This document shows positions 1 through 9,318 of a stretch of 28,735 nt of DNA, in pieces. Positions within the stretch are counted from its first letter, which is position 1, and each line of letters opens with the position of its first letter. Source of the DNA: a virus. Its lineage: Duplodnaviria; Caudoviricetes. The translations under genes and the position numbers were made by a program. A model generated the notes under the pieces. It did not search any database. It saw only the letters and a list, made by a program, of their open reading frames with translations, and was not told the DNA's origin. The DNA is taken from the IMG/VR virus record IMGVR_UViG_3300037088_000669, positions 1 through 28,735 of that record. One strand, given 5' to 3'.

Positions 1-1523
1 AGTTTTTGCTTTGAAGACGGTTGTATAGAAGCCGATACCTTGTTTTCAAAACTTTCTGTGAGTGTTTTCTTACCTACTTTCATTTCTGTCATAAGGTTCT
101 TGTACACATTCACTGATGATGTAATACCATCAACTTTTTTAAATTCGTTGATAATTTTTACTTTGTCTTCCTGTGTTAATGCCAATTCTTCATTTACCAA
201 TAAATTGTTAACATGAGATAAATTGGTGTTGAACACAGCCATTTCTTTTAACTGACTGCGATATTTGCCGATAACTGTTTGATAGCCTTCGACCAACTTG
301 CTTTTAGTTTCTTTATCTTTTTTAGCTTCGTTTAACTTCTTAGTCAATTTCTTGTTCTCTTCAATTAAACTACTAATCTTTTTCTCTGTTTCTGTTTGCA
401 GTCCTGAACGCATTTTGTTAACTGCTGCAGTGCTCTTATAAGGAACACCGGGGATGTTTGAAGAAGGAACTTTTTTCATATTTCCTAAAGTCTGTGTAAG
501 ACTTTCTTCAACTGGTGCTTCATTTGCACCTAATACTGCATTAATATCTTCTTCGGTGATTTCACTAAGTTCATCGATCATTGCTGTGGTCGGTCCGCCA
601 GCATTTACTTTGTTAGCTCCCTGTCCACCATTATTTTTTTGTTCTTCCATGCCGAATTCATCGATCATAGGTTGAGTAGGTCCGCCCGGATTTACTTTGT
701 TTGCACCTAATCCACCATGTTGTTTTTGTTCGCCAATGCCAGCCTCACCAATCATTTTATTAAGTTTATCTCTCATTTCAACGAGTTCATTATAAGCAAT
801 ACCGCCTTCTTGTCCACCCTGATTTGGAGCAACATTTGCTGCAGAAACTCCTTGGAGTTCTTCAGCCATATTGCCCATATTTGCAATTTCTTCTTCGATC
901 TGTTCCATTGTAAGAAGTTCATCCATCGGTTGTGCTCCATCTAATGACTGGTTAGCACCAGTTTGATCAAGTTCTGATAAGTTAAAATTTTCTGAAACGT
1001 CCTTTTTTGTGTTTGCTATTGGTTTGCCAGAAGTCGGACCTACAAGTTTTTCATTATAGATTTTTCCTTTTTCAGCTTCGCCTTTACCTTGATTTGGTGT
1101 TGCACTTTCAACATCGCCCATGAAATCTTTTTCACGTTCTTCGTCAATTTTCTTAGCACCCTTTGCTTTTTCATCAAATGGGTCACCCTTACCAACAGTA
1201 TCAGTGATTTTTACATCTTCAGCTACTTTTTGTACACCTTTTGGTTTTTCAGCAAATGGTTTACCACTGCCAACAGTTTCCTTAACAACCTTAACAGGTT
1301 CTTTAGTTAAATTTTTCATATCAGATTCTTTATTTGTTTCAGCACTATCTACATTAGATTCTTTTGCCGATTTATTTTTATTTAATTCTTCTTTCAAAAT
1401 ATTGCCGAATTCCCTTGGGAAATCTTCAGCCAATCTTTTTTTAGCATTAGCATCAGCAGCCTGTTGGATATCTTTCATATCAATTAAGGCTTCCTTGATT
1501 ATCGATTTTCTTTCCTCTTTCAT
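1..1523 (-). CDS. Prohead core scaffolding protein (T4 gp22-like position), 3'-truncated by the window edge
   Basis: Not in the ORF track because it runs off the window. ATG at 1523 reads MKEERKSIIKEALIDMKDIQQAADANAKKRLAEDFPREF... to ...VFNTNLSHVNNLLVNEELALTQEDKVKIINEFKKVD...KTLTESFENK. Acidic and coiled-coil-like with many xxE motifs; lies directly downstream of the prohead protease. Confidence 0.75.
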   Translation of the reverse strand, partial: MKEERKSIIKEALIDMKDIQQAADANAKKRLAEDFPREFGNILKEELNKNKSAKESNVDSAETNKESDMKNLTKEPVKVVKETVGSGKPFAEKPKGVQKVAEDVKITDTVGKGDPFDEKAKGAKKIDEEREKDFMGDVESATPNQGKGEAEKGKIYNEKLVGPTSGKPIANTKKDVSENFNLSELDQTGANQSLDGAQPMDELLTMEQIEEEIANMGNMAEELQGVSAANVAPNQGGQEGGIAYNELVEMRDKLNKMIGEAGIGEQKQHGGLGANKVNPGGPTQPMIDEFGMEEQKNNGGQGANKVNAGGPTTAMIDELSEITEEDINAVLGANEAPVEESLTQTLGNMKKVPSSNIPGVPYKSTAAVNKMRSGLQTETEKKISSLIEENKKLTKKLNEAKKDKETKSKLVEGYQTVIGKYRSQLKEMAVFNTNLSHVNNLLVNEELALTQEDKVKIINEFKKVDGITSSVNVYKNLMTEMKVGKKTLTESFENKVSASIQPSSKQK

Positions 1524-1666
1524 ATTATTTTATGTCGTGTGTCTAATACTATAATTTTTATATAAATACATTATTTTTATCAAAAAGCATAAATTTTAAT
1601 TAAAACATCTTTATTTTTCTTGCTTTTCTCGAAATAAATACTTACATTAAGCCGTTTTAAAATCCA

Positions 1667-2386
1667 TTATAACAAGAACTTATTAACAGCAGTCAATATT
1701 TTATTATCTTCTTCCTTAAGATAAATACCATTTTTCTTCACATATTGCTCACCAAACTTAACACCAGATTTTTCTGGAAAAAGATACCCACCCGGAGTGC
1801 TTGGTGTCGCAACTAAGTCAAAACCAATAAGTTCAAAGTCATTCTGAACAAGGTTTTCACCGCTTATTTCTTTAAGTGTACCAACTCCACGAGAAGATAT
1901 GCCTAATTTTATTTTATTTTGCAGATAAAGAACGATCTTATCACCAACCACGGAAACAACACCATAACGAATGTAACCCGGAGATACGATGATTTTTAAT
2001 TTTCCATATAATACATTTGCTTGTTCTCCTTCACCCCACCACATTTTCACAATCATATGTGAGATATTCTGTAAGGAAATAATGCTACTATCTGGATGGT
2101 CAGCTTCTGAAACTGCACTGTTAGTTCTTACTAATTCTTCATATGCTTGAACCTGTGGTACTAAAACATCCTTTGGATAGATACGTCCATTCTTATTTTT
2201 AACTCCCCACTTCTGTAAAATACAGTTGATTAAAACAGGTTCGTTTGGCTTAAGTTCAAAATTTTCATTGAGGATGTCCTTATTGATCTCCGAATTAATA
2301 AAACCAGCATCATGCTCAATTAAAATTCCAAATCCCGTTTCGCCTCTCTGTAATATTTTACTTTCTTGTAACAATATCCTATTCAT
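1667..2386 (-). CDS. Prohead core protein protease (T4 gp21-like)
   Basis: Motifs KNKNGRIYP, EADHP, ISHM, KLGISSRGVG, DFELIGFDLVATPSTPG are typical of T4 gp21-type prohead proteases. Confidence 0.92.
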   Translation of the reverse strand: MNRILLQESKILQRGETGFGILIEHDAGFINSEINKDILNENFELKPNEPVLINCILQKWGVKNKNGRIYPKDVLVPQVQAYEELVRTNSAVSEADHPDSSIISLQNISHMIVKMWWGEGEQANVLYGKLKIIVSPGYIRYGVVSVVGDKIVLYLQNKIKLGISSRGVGTLKEISGENLVQNDFELIGFDLVATPSTPGGYLFPEKSGVKFGEQYVKKNGIYLKEEDNKILTAVNKFLL

Positions 2387-2420
2387 GTTAAATATCTTTA
2401 TATATAAATAGTTATGATAA

Positions 2421-2576
2421 CTATTTTAGCTCAACGGCTACATTAGGTTTTTCTGGTTGCATTACTTTTTCTCGAACATCTTCAATGTTTTCGATGAATA
2501 TGCGAATTTCTATTTCTTTTATTATGTTGTTAATTTGCATATTAACCTCTTTAAGTTTATCCAGTTTGTTGTTCAT
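2421..2576 (-). CDS. Small hypothetical protein (51 aa)
   Basis: ATG at 2576 to TAG at 2421, MNNKLDKLKEVNMQINNIIKEIEIRIFIENIEDVREKVMQPEKPNVAVELK. Fills the gap right after the upstream gene; below the ORF-track cutoff. Confidence 0.6.
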   Translation of the reverse strand: MNNKLDKLKEVNMQINNIIKEIEIRIFIENIEDVREKVMQPEKPNVAVELK

Positions 2577-2587
2577 AATAAATAAGA

Positions 2588-3004
2588 TTATTCTTTTATT
2601 GTTAATTTTTCTACTTTTTCTTGGATTACACCAAGTATTTTCAGTATCTTTTCCGAATTAGATTTATCGAGTTTATCGCTTAAATCCAATAAAGTAGAAA
2701 CACCATTCAAAACATGTAAGGTTTCTTTCTCAGATTCCATCCACTGACGTGTTCTTTCTTCTTCACGTTTTAACATATCCAGTCTTATTTTTTCAATTGC
2801 GTCTGAATGCTCTTTTCTGAGCATGTCAATTTTTGCAATATGTTGCTGTTGCATTAATTTTATTTCAGCATTTCTATTTCTTAATATCTTCATAAGAGCA
2901 TATGTCATGTATATAAAAAATGCAATACATAAGCCAATCATGCCTATTATTATATATTGGTGTAAGAGTGTTGCTGACGAATTTGCTATTTGTAACAGTA
3001 CCAT
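2588..3004 (-). CDS. Single-pass membrane protein with coiled-coil C-terminus
   Basis: Hydrophobic helix YIIIGMIGLCIAFFIYMTYALM followed by a charged coiled coil; TATTTATA motif upstream (3018-3025). Confidence 0.75.
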   Translation of the reverse strand: MVLLQIANSSATLLHQYIIIGMIGLCIAFFIYMTYALMKILRNRNAEIKLMQQQHIAKIDMLRKEHSDAIEKIRLDMLKREEERTRQWMESEKETLHVLNGVSTLLDLSDKLDKSNSEKILKILGVIQEKVEKLTIKE

Positions 3005-3097
3005 TTAATAGTTTTTATATAAATAGTCCAGATAACTTGTTTGATACTTTAAATTGTATGTTTTTTATCGGCACGTATTTATAGTAAAATCAGAAGA

Positions 3098-6000
3098 ATG
3101 GCAATTGTAAATAACGGAAATATCATATTACTTGACCCTAACGATGTGAATACTAATCCAAGTATGGTTAATAGCATCCCACAATATCAGGATATGTTCA
3201 TATATGCAGAATTAAGAGCAGTAAGAAAAGGCAGAACAGTATTGGAAACATCAAGCGAACAAGGCAACGGTGGCAACATACTGAAAACTGGAATGGAAGA
3301 CTTTACTGAAGTTAACTTTCTTGGCACAGATCAAAATAAAACCAGCCCAAATTACAATAGCTTTACTACGAGATATTATGACGGCAGTAACGGTAACAAC
3401 ATCCAGTATGAAGGATTTGGTATGAGCAACATTAAGGTTATTATTAATTCATCATTTATACCACAGGTGAGTATTCAATTTATTGACGTAAGAGGTCTGG
3501 CATTCTTCAATCGCACAAATTCTCCTTATAGAATATTGTTTGATTTTCCACCACCAATCTTTTATCTTACAATTAAAGGATATTATGGTAAATCATTGAA
3601 ATATAAATTACATCTTGTTAAATATACTTCTGAATTTAAAGCAGAAAATGGTAATTTTATTATTGATGCTCAATTCGTTGCAGTCACTTATGCTCCACTA
3701 ACAGACATTTTGTTCAGATATGTTGTTAACTTTCCGTTGATATCTCCAACAAATACTGGTATATCATTAAATGCAAATCCAAATACACGTCCAGAAAATA
3801 CATATGCTTTAATATTAAAGTTAAAAAATTTATATGATGAAATTTCGAAAGAATTAAAATCGCTTCCACAAACACAGAAATACGACACTACATTAAATCA
3901 ACTTGCAAAAAATGCGTCAACACAAGCAGTAATTGGCGACTATAATAGTAAATTGGCAGAAAACGGTAATTCATATTTATTAATGGTAGACGTTGCACCG
4001 TCAGATAATAAACAACATGAATTTTCATTGAATGATTTGGTTTATAATAGTAGTAATCAGCAAGTACCTATTGCAGAAAAAAACGTAATTACCATCACGA
4101 CATTTAATGATTATAATGCTTATATTAAGTCATTAGCAATACCTGCACAATCATTAGATGTAAGCAAAAGATTATACGTGGTATATGCAACAGGTAAAAT
4201 AGATCAAATACCATACACAGGAGTTGAAGATAAATCTACAATTGCTAAATTATACATGGATGGTTATAAAAATGAATTATTGAATAGTTATAAAGAAACT
4301 GGCGTTGCAAACAGCAATATTGGCATAGACAGCGTGAAATTCAGTAATCAATATGATGTAACAACATTCAGTAATAATAAGCCATCTACCATATATACTG
4401 GTATTGACATTACTAATCTTTATGTGAAATTATATAAAGAAAAAGATTCTTTAACTAAATCAAAAGCTACTCTTAGTAACACTATCAATGGCATTATCAA
4501 CAATATGATAATGAAAAATCTTGGTATGATGCCAACAATTTACAATATTTTTGAAATACTTCTTAATGACGTTGATACATTCTTTCAAAAAGTTAGAGAC
4601 GTATCAGCCGAAGCAGAAAGACATCATAACAACCCAGATTTTAATAAAACAATACTTGGCACTGCACCAAATCAATATGTAGATATAAATTCACAAGCAA
4701 CTTCAAATCATATTTATTCATTTCCATTGGTAATTGACAAACAAAACGTTACTGGTGGTCAGAGAGAAGTAAGAGTTGCACCAACTAATTTAAGTAAACT
4801 ATTACCAAAACCATTTCCTGAACTTACATTAATAAGTGATTTTATTGATACGTTCAATAAACAGAAAGAATTTAGTGAGATCATGAATGCAAAAAATCAA
4901 ATGAATGATGATGGTACATACAAATGGATACCAGTTTCACCGCTTGATTCAAAACTTGGCAGTGACGATACCAAATCCGCATATACAGGTCCGTATTACG
5001 GTGTGGACACCACTGACGGTGGCACTGCTATGCCAATTAATGTGAGTAATGATAATAGACTGCAACAAGTAATTAAAATAATGCTTGATAGATTTTATAT
5101 TTTATCACAAAGTTCATATCCTTCAAGTTTTTATGATACTGACAAAAAAATCAGTAAAGCATATGTTGAATTTTTTGCAAAATCTGAAGCAGCTAACTTG
5201 GCAAACTCAATGACTGAAACAAAATATGCAAGCAACATAAAAGACAATGCTAATAAATTTAGAAATAGCGTAGATAGTTTCTATACCTTTTTGAATACTC
5301 CAGCAATGAAAGATCACTATGCATTCACTCCTATCGAAAGAGAATCATTTCCATTAGCTGGTGATGATCTTCAAGGAACTGTCGCATATACCAATAAAAA
5401 TAATTCAAACTATCAAGGCAGCATCGTAAAAGACGAAAAGATTGAATTACAAACATTTAGTGACGATAAATCATCAACAAAACCTGTCGATAAATTTCAA
5501 AACGGAGTTTTAAGAGGTCTATTTGGAAACATATTTTTAGGTAGAGAACATCAAAGTTTCTATAATTTTACAAATGAAAATTTACTATATGTTGCTGATC
5601 AATACAGTAAAGACGGAAAGATTGACACAGACAAAGTAATTACAGATAATCAAGGTGTTAATATTAATACAAGATTCTTGGATTCAAATGCGTTTGGTAC
5701 AGGATATTCGAGTTTAAATCCATATGGTCAATCAACAGAAGACATGAAAATTCAACCGAGTACCAAATATATTGCACCTTTATTGGCAAGCGGAAACACA
5801 TATTTTTATCAAATTGGTGGATATGTTAAAAGTGATGCTGCAAGTTTAAGAAATTTTGATAATATCATTAATCCTTGGATATCACAATTATCAGAACATG
5901 ATGATCAAATTTATAACACAATAATTAGTGGTACTAATCCGTTATACAACCAGAAATTAAGTGCCTTGATGTTTTTATCTAATTATGGTTATACTCTAAG

Positions 6001-8479
6001 TCCGTTTAATCAATATCCAAATAGATTAAATCCATTGCTATTCACCATTGCAGGGGTTTTAGAAACACCAAAATACTTACCCGCATATATTGGCGCATTA
6101 TTAACGGCAATTGAAGGTAGCGATACAACATTTACAACACAAACAATAACTGATTTTTTCACCACTGGCGAAGGAAAGGTTTTAGACAGTTTAGGACTGT
6201 TTATCTTTGCTGATATTCATGACATAAATCATTATTTATCAGCAAACGATAAAGCAATATATAAAGCTCAGTTTGATACATTCATGAGTCAACAATACAC
6301 TTCAATATTAAGTGGTGTTCAGGGATTATATTCTGACGTAAAGGACAGATTAATTAATCAAAAGATCGTAAAATTTCTTTCATATAAATATTATTTAGAC
6401 CCAAAATCAACAGAAAATGGTTCTGGCTTCAGGTATTATGAAATTCTTTCACCTATGATCACCAGAACAAATATTGTAAATTATAGCGAATCAACATTTA
6501 GTACAGGCGCAACAAAGGTCGGTTATACATCACTTCAAACACTAAATGCTAATACTGGAAATACAAAAATAAAAACAATTAATGATTCTTTCTTTAAGAT
6601 ATTTTTTGCTGAACTATTGGCAAATATAAACACAAAACAAGATGATCTTAAAAAAGAAGAAGTGGCACAACAAAAACTAAAAGGTGATGAGGACATTATA
6701 ACACAAACATATTATTCATTTAAAAACATTAACGACAAATGGCTTACAAATCCTGATGGAGCTAACACTAAGGGTTATCCATCAAATGAAAATAATAAAA
6801 GACTAATCGATTCATTTGCATTTGTTGACAGAGCAATGAATCCAATTGGTAATACTATATTGAATTGTGAAATTCTTTCACAAATGCTTGAAGACCCGAA
6901 CATTTCAATATTTAGTGTGATATCACAATTATTATCATTGAATGGATTTGAATTCTTTCCGTTACAAAACTTTATGTCATATACTCAGCAAAACTGGATT
7001 GAATCATTTAAGATCAGCACAGATGTACATTCAACACCACAACCAGCTTTTGTTTGTATGTACATAGGTGGTTCATCAAGTTATCCAACTGGTGTTGCAA
7101 ACGGTTTTACTGATGACGGTATTACTGACTTAGGTGGAAGTCAGGCTACAATTGATTTTAAAACAAAACCGCCAACAATTGATATTAATTCAGAAGACGG
7201 TAAACAAGAAACAAAAAATATGGGATTTCCTTGGAGGCAAGTAAGGGCATTCAGGGTTAGATTTGGCGAACAAAATCAGTCAATGTTTAATGACATTAAG
7301 ATTGATAGTAAAGAATACCCAGAAACAAACGAAAGTATTCAAATATTGGCAAGATTAGCTGGTGATAATAAAATACAATCACCAGTACCTAAAGGACAAA
7401 ACTTATATAGTCTTTATGAAAATAGAGCATATAGAGCCACCATTACTGGTTTGGGTAATGCCATGATACAACCAACACAATATTTTCAATTAGAAAATGT
7501 GCCTTTATTTAGTGGAGCATATATTATTCTAACTGTTGAACATAATATTGAACCCAATAAAATGACAACAAATTTTTCTGGTACAAAAATACTTAGATAT
7601 CCCGTACCAAGAGTATTAAATGCAGCAGCAATCTTAGGATATGACGGTGGAGATTCTGATCAAACAAATCCATATACACAAGGTGCTGGCGAAGCTACAA
7701 AAGCATTGGCACAATCCATATCACAGGCAAGATTAGATGCATTTAACTCTGTTTATGGTGTTGATGTGTCATATGCCCAAGGAAACTTTAACTGGAATCT
7801 TGCCGTTAATAGCAGCAAAATGAATACTGACCCAAGTAATAACAATCCAAAAATTGAATTTGCATTAATGAAAACAAGTCAGGGTACTTTTAAAGATAGT
7901 CAGGTAGTAGCAAATTCTATTGGTGCAAAAGCAGCAGGACTTAAAATTGGTTACTATCACTATGCAGAACAATATAGAGGCGCAAGTGTTAATGCTGATA
8001 TTATTGCAGATGCAACCAAACAGGCAAACTTTTTTGTAAGCACCGTAAATAACTTACCAAATAAACCCGACTTTCCTCTTATATTGGATATTGAAGATGA
8101 TGATGAAAGAAATAAAAAATGGTCACTAATTAAACCAAATAATAATTTGTGGATTAATACTTTTATTTCAGTAGTAAAAGCTGCGAAATATAATATGATT
8201 CTTTATAGTGGTAAGCCTTGGCTTGATGACCACACAACTGGAAACTTTAATAATATTACTTTATGGCATGCTCAATATCCATATACTCCAGAAGTAACTC
8301 CCCCTTCAATTGCAACTGCATGGGCAAAACCTAATTCTGACCCAAAAAAGGGAAATGAGGGATGGACTGTATGGCAATTTAGTCCACAAGGTAAAGTTAA
8401 AGGAAACCAAAATTCTAAAAATGAAATTGATTTGAATATGATGAAAAGAGATTTTTTTAATTCGCCAAATAAAGCATAA
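3098..8479 (+). CDS. Large virion (baseplate hub/tail-associated) protein with C-terminal GH25 muramidase domain
   Basis: 1793 aa. C-terminus GVDVSYAQG...KIGYYHYA...ILDIE...LWHAQY...WQFS...EIDLN matches GH25 lysozymes. The preceding ITGLGNAMIQPTQYFQL..VPLFSGAYIILTVEHNI resembles phage hub proteins. GTATTTATA at 3075-3083. Confidence 0.8.
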   Translation: MAIVNNGNIILLDPNDVNTNPSMVNSIPQYQDMFIYAELRAVRKGRTVLETSSEQGNGGNILKTGMEDFTEVNFLGTDQNKTSPNYNSFTTRYYDGSNGNNIQYEGFGMSNIKVIINSSFIPQVSIQFIDVRGLAFFNRTNSPYRILFDFPPPIFYLTIKGYYGKSLKYKLHLVKYTSEFKAENGNFIIDAQFVAVTYAPLTDILFRYVVNFPLISPTNTGISLNANPNTRPENTYALILKLKNLYDEISKELKSLPQTQKYDTTLNQLAKNASTQAVIGDYNSKLAENGNSYLLMVDVAPSDNKQHEFSLNDLVYNSSNQQVPIAEKNVITITTFNDYNAYIKSLAIPAQSLDVSKRLYVVYATGKIDQIPYTGVEDKSTIAKLYMDGYKNELLNSYKETGVANSNIGIDSVKFSNQYDVTTFSNNKPSTIYTGIDITNLYVKLYKEKDSLTKSKATLSNTINGIINNMIMKNLGMMPTIYNIFEILLNDVDTFFQKVRDVSAEAERHHNNPDFNKTILGTAPNQYVDINSQATSNHIYSFPLVIDKQNVTGGQREVRVAPTNLSKLLPKPFPELTLISDFIDTFNKQKEFSEIMNAKNQMNDDGTYKWIPVSPLDSKLGSDDTKSAYTGPYYGVDTTDGGTAMPINVSNDNRLQQVIKIMLDRFYILSQSSYPSSFYDTDKKISKAYVEFFAKSEAANLANSMTETKYASNIKDNANKFRNSVDSFYTFLNTPAMKDHYAFTPIERESFPLAGDDLQGTVAYTNKNNSNYQGSIVKDEKIELQTFSDDKSSTKPVDKFQNGVLRGLFGNIFLGREHQSFYNFTNENLLYVADQYSKDGKIDTDKVITDNQGVNINTRFLDSNAFGTGYSSLNPYGQSTEDMKIQPSTKYIAPLLASGNTYFYQIGGYVKSDAASLRNFDNIINPWISQLSEHDDQIYNTIISGTNPLYNQKLSALMFLSNYGYTLSPFNQYPNRLNPLLFTIAGVLETPKYLPAYIGALLTAIEGSDTTFTTQTITDFFTTGEGKVLDSLGLFIFADIHDINHYLSANDKAIYKAQFDTFMSQQYTSILSGVQGLYSDVKDRLINQKIVKFLSYKYYLDPKSTENGSGFRYYEILSPMITRTNIVNYSESTFSTGATKVGYTSLQTLNANTGNTKIKTINDSFFKIFFAELLANINTKQDDLKKEEVAQQKLKGDEDIITQTYYSFKNINDKWLTNPDGANTKGYPSNENNKRLIDSFAFVDRAMNPIGNTILNCEILSQMLEDPNISIFSVISQLLSLNGFEFFPLQNFMSYTQQNWIESFKISTDVHSTPQPAFVCMYIGGSSSYPTGVANGFTDDGITDLGGSQATIDFKTKPPTIDINSEDGKQETKNMGFPWRQVRAFRVRFGEQNQSMFNDIKIDSKEYPETNESIQILARLAGDNKIQSPVPKGQNLYSLYENRAYRATITGLGNAMIQPTQYFQLENVPLFSGAYIILTVEHNIEPNKMTTNFSGTKILRYPVPRVLNAAAILGYDGGDSDQTNPYTQGAGEATKALAQSISQARLDAFNSVYGVDVSYAQGNFNWNLAVNSSKMNTDPSNNNPKIEFALMKTSQGTFKDSQVVANSIGAKAAGLKIGYYHYAEQYRGASVNADIIADATKQANFFVSTVNNLPNKPDFPLILDIEDDDERNKKWSLIKPNNNLWINTFISVVKAAKYNMILYSGKPWLDDHTTGNFNNITLWHAQYPYTPEVTPPSIATAWAKPNSDPKKGNEGWTVWQFSPQGKVKGNQNSKNEIDLNMMKRDFFNSPNKA

Positions 8480-8480
8480 A

Positions 8481-9266
8481 TTATAACAAGTCTTTTTTAA
8501 GTTCATGAAGTCTAATGATATCATCATCCACAGATTCTGGACTGAATTTCATTTCCTTTAATGTCTTAACAGTACTTGCTACTCTATCTTTAACAACAGC
8601 ATTTTCTTCATGAACGCTTTCCAATATAGAAATGTCTTCGTTCTTATAGCTTTCAAGAAGATTTTCTTTTGCCTTATCGTCTGATCTTATAAGTTTCTGA
8701 AGCAAAGTCCTATCGTCTTCAGATAAGGATTCATATTTAGCATTAAACTTATCGATTGCAATTTCAATAACGTCTTCATTTATAAGCTCAGTAGGTTCAA
8801 CTACTTCTGTAATTGTTTGCTTGGTACATTTAACGTGATTTAACACAGTTTCGAATGATTCATGAATGTTATCAACATCTACTATATCATAATTGCTGAG
8901 TGATTCTTTAATTAAATTACCAACAGCAATATATAGTCCTACTTTATTGTCGTCAACCTGAATATCTTCAGTAAGAAATGGTTTTAGTTTCAAATGTTCT
9001 TTTTCAAGTTCATCAAGTGTATAAACTTCAAACAATTTAATATTATTGTCAATATAACGAGTTGCAACCAAATCATTTTCAATATGTTTATTTTCAATGT
9101 TGCTAAACACTTTAAATTCCAACTGTAAGATTGGAGAATTTTTTATCACATTGAAAAAGCTATTGGTTAATTGTTTCGATTCTTCAATTAAAGTATTACT
9201 AAAGTAAGCGTCCTTTAATTTCTTGGAAACTACTAAATTAACGATTCCTATATTGATGCTTTTCAT
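8481..9266 (-). CDS. Hypothetical acidic head-region protein downstream of portal
   Basis: 261-aa ORF with an upstream motif at 9286-9294; helical and acidic. Confidence 0.8.
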   Translation of the reverse strand: MKSINIGIVNLVVSKKLKDAYFSNTLIEESKQLTNSFFNVIKNSPILQLEFKVFSNIENKHIENDLVATRYIDNNIKLFEVYTLDELEKEHLKLKPFLTEDIQVDDNKVGLYIAVGNLIKESLSNYDIVDVDNIHESFETVLNHVKCTKQTITEVVEPTELINEDVIEIAIDKFNAKYESLSEDDRTLLQKLIRSDDKAKENLLESYKNEDISILESVHEENAVVKDRVASTVKTLKEMKFSPESVDDDIIRLHELKKDLL

Positions 9267-9318
9267 ACGATCTTATTCGATTTATTATAAATACTGTAAT
9301 TAGTTATAAACGATTATT

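Noticed and set aside
454-1554. Plus-strand ORFs in the track (454-675, 717-944, 1089-1310, 1120-1554)
   Set aside because: Antisense shadows of the long minus-strand scaffold gene that the track missed.
2588-3004. Holin assignment
   Set aside because: A single TM helix and proximity to a GH25 domain are insufficient; the GH25 is part of a virion-sized protein, not a free endolysin.
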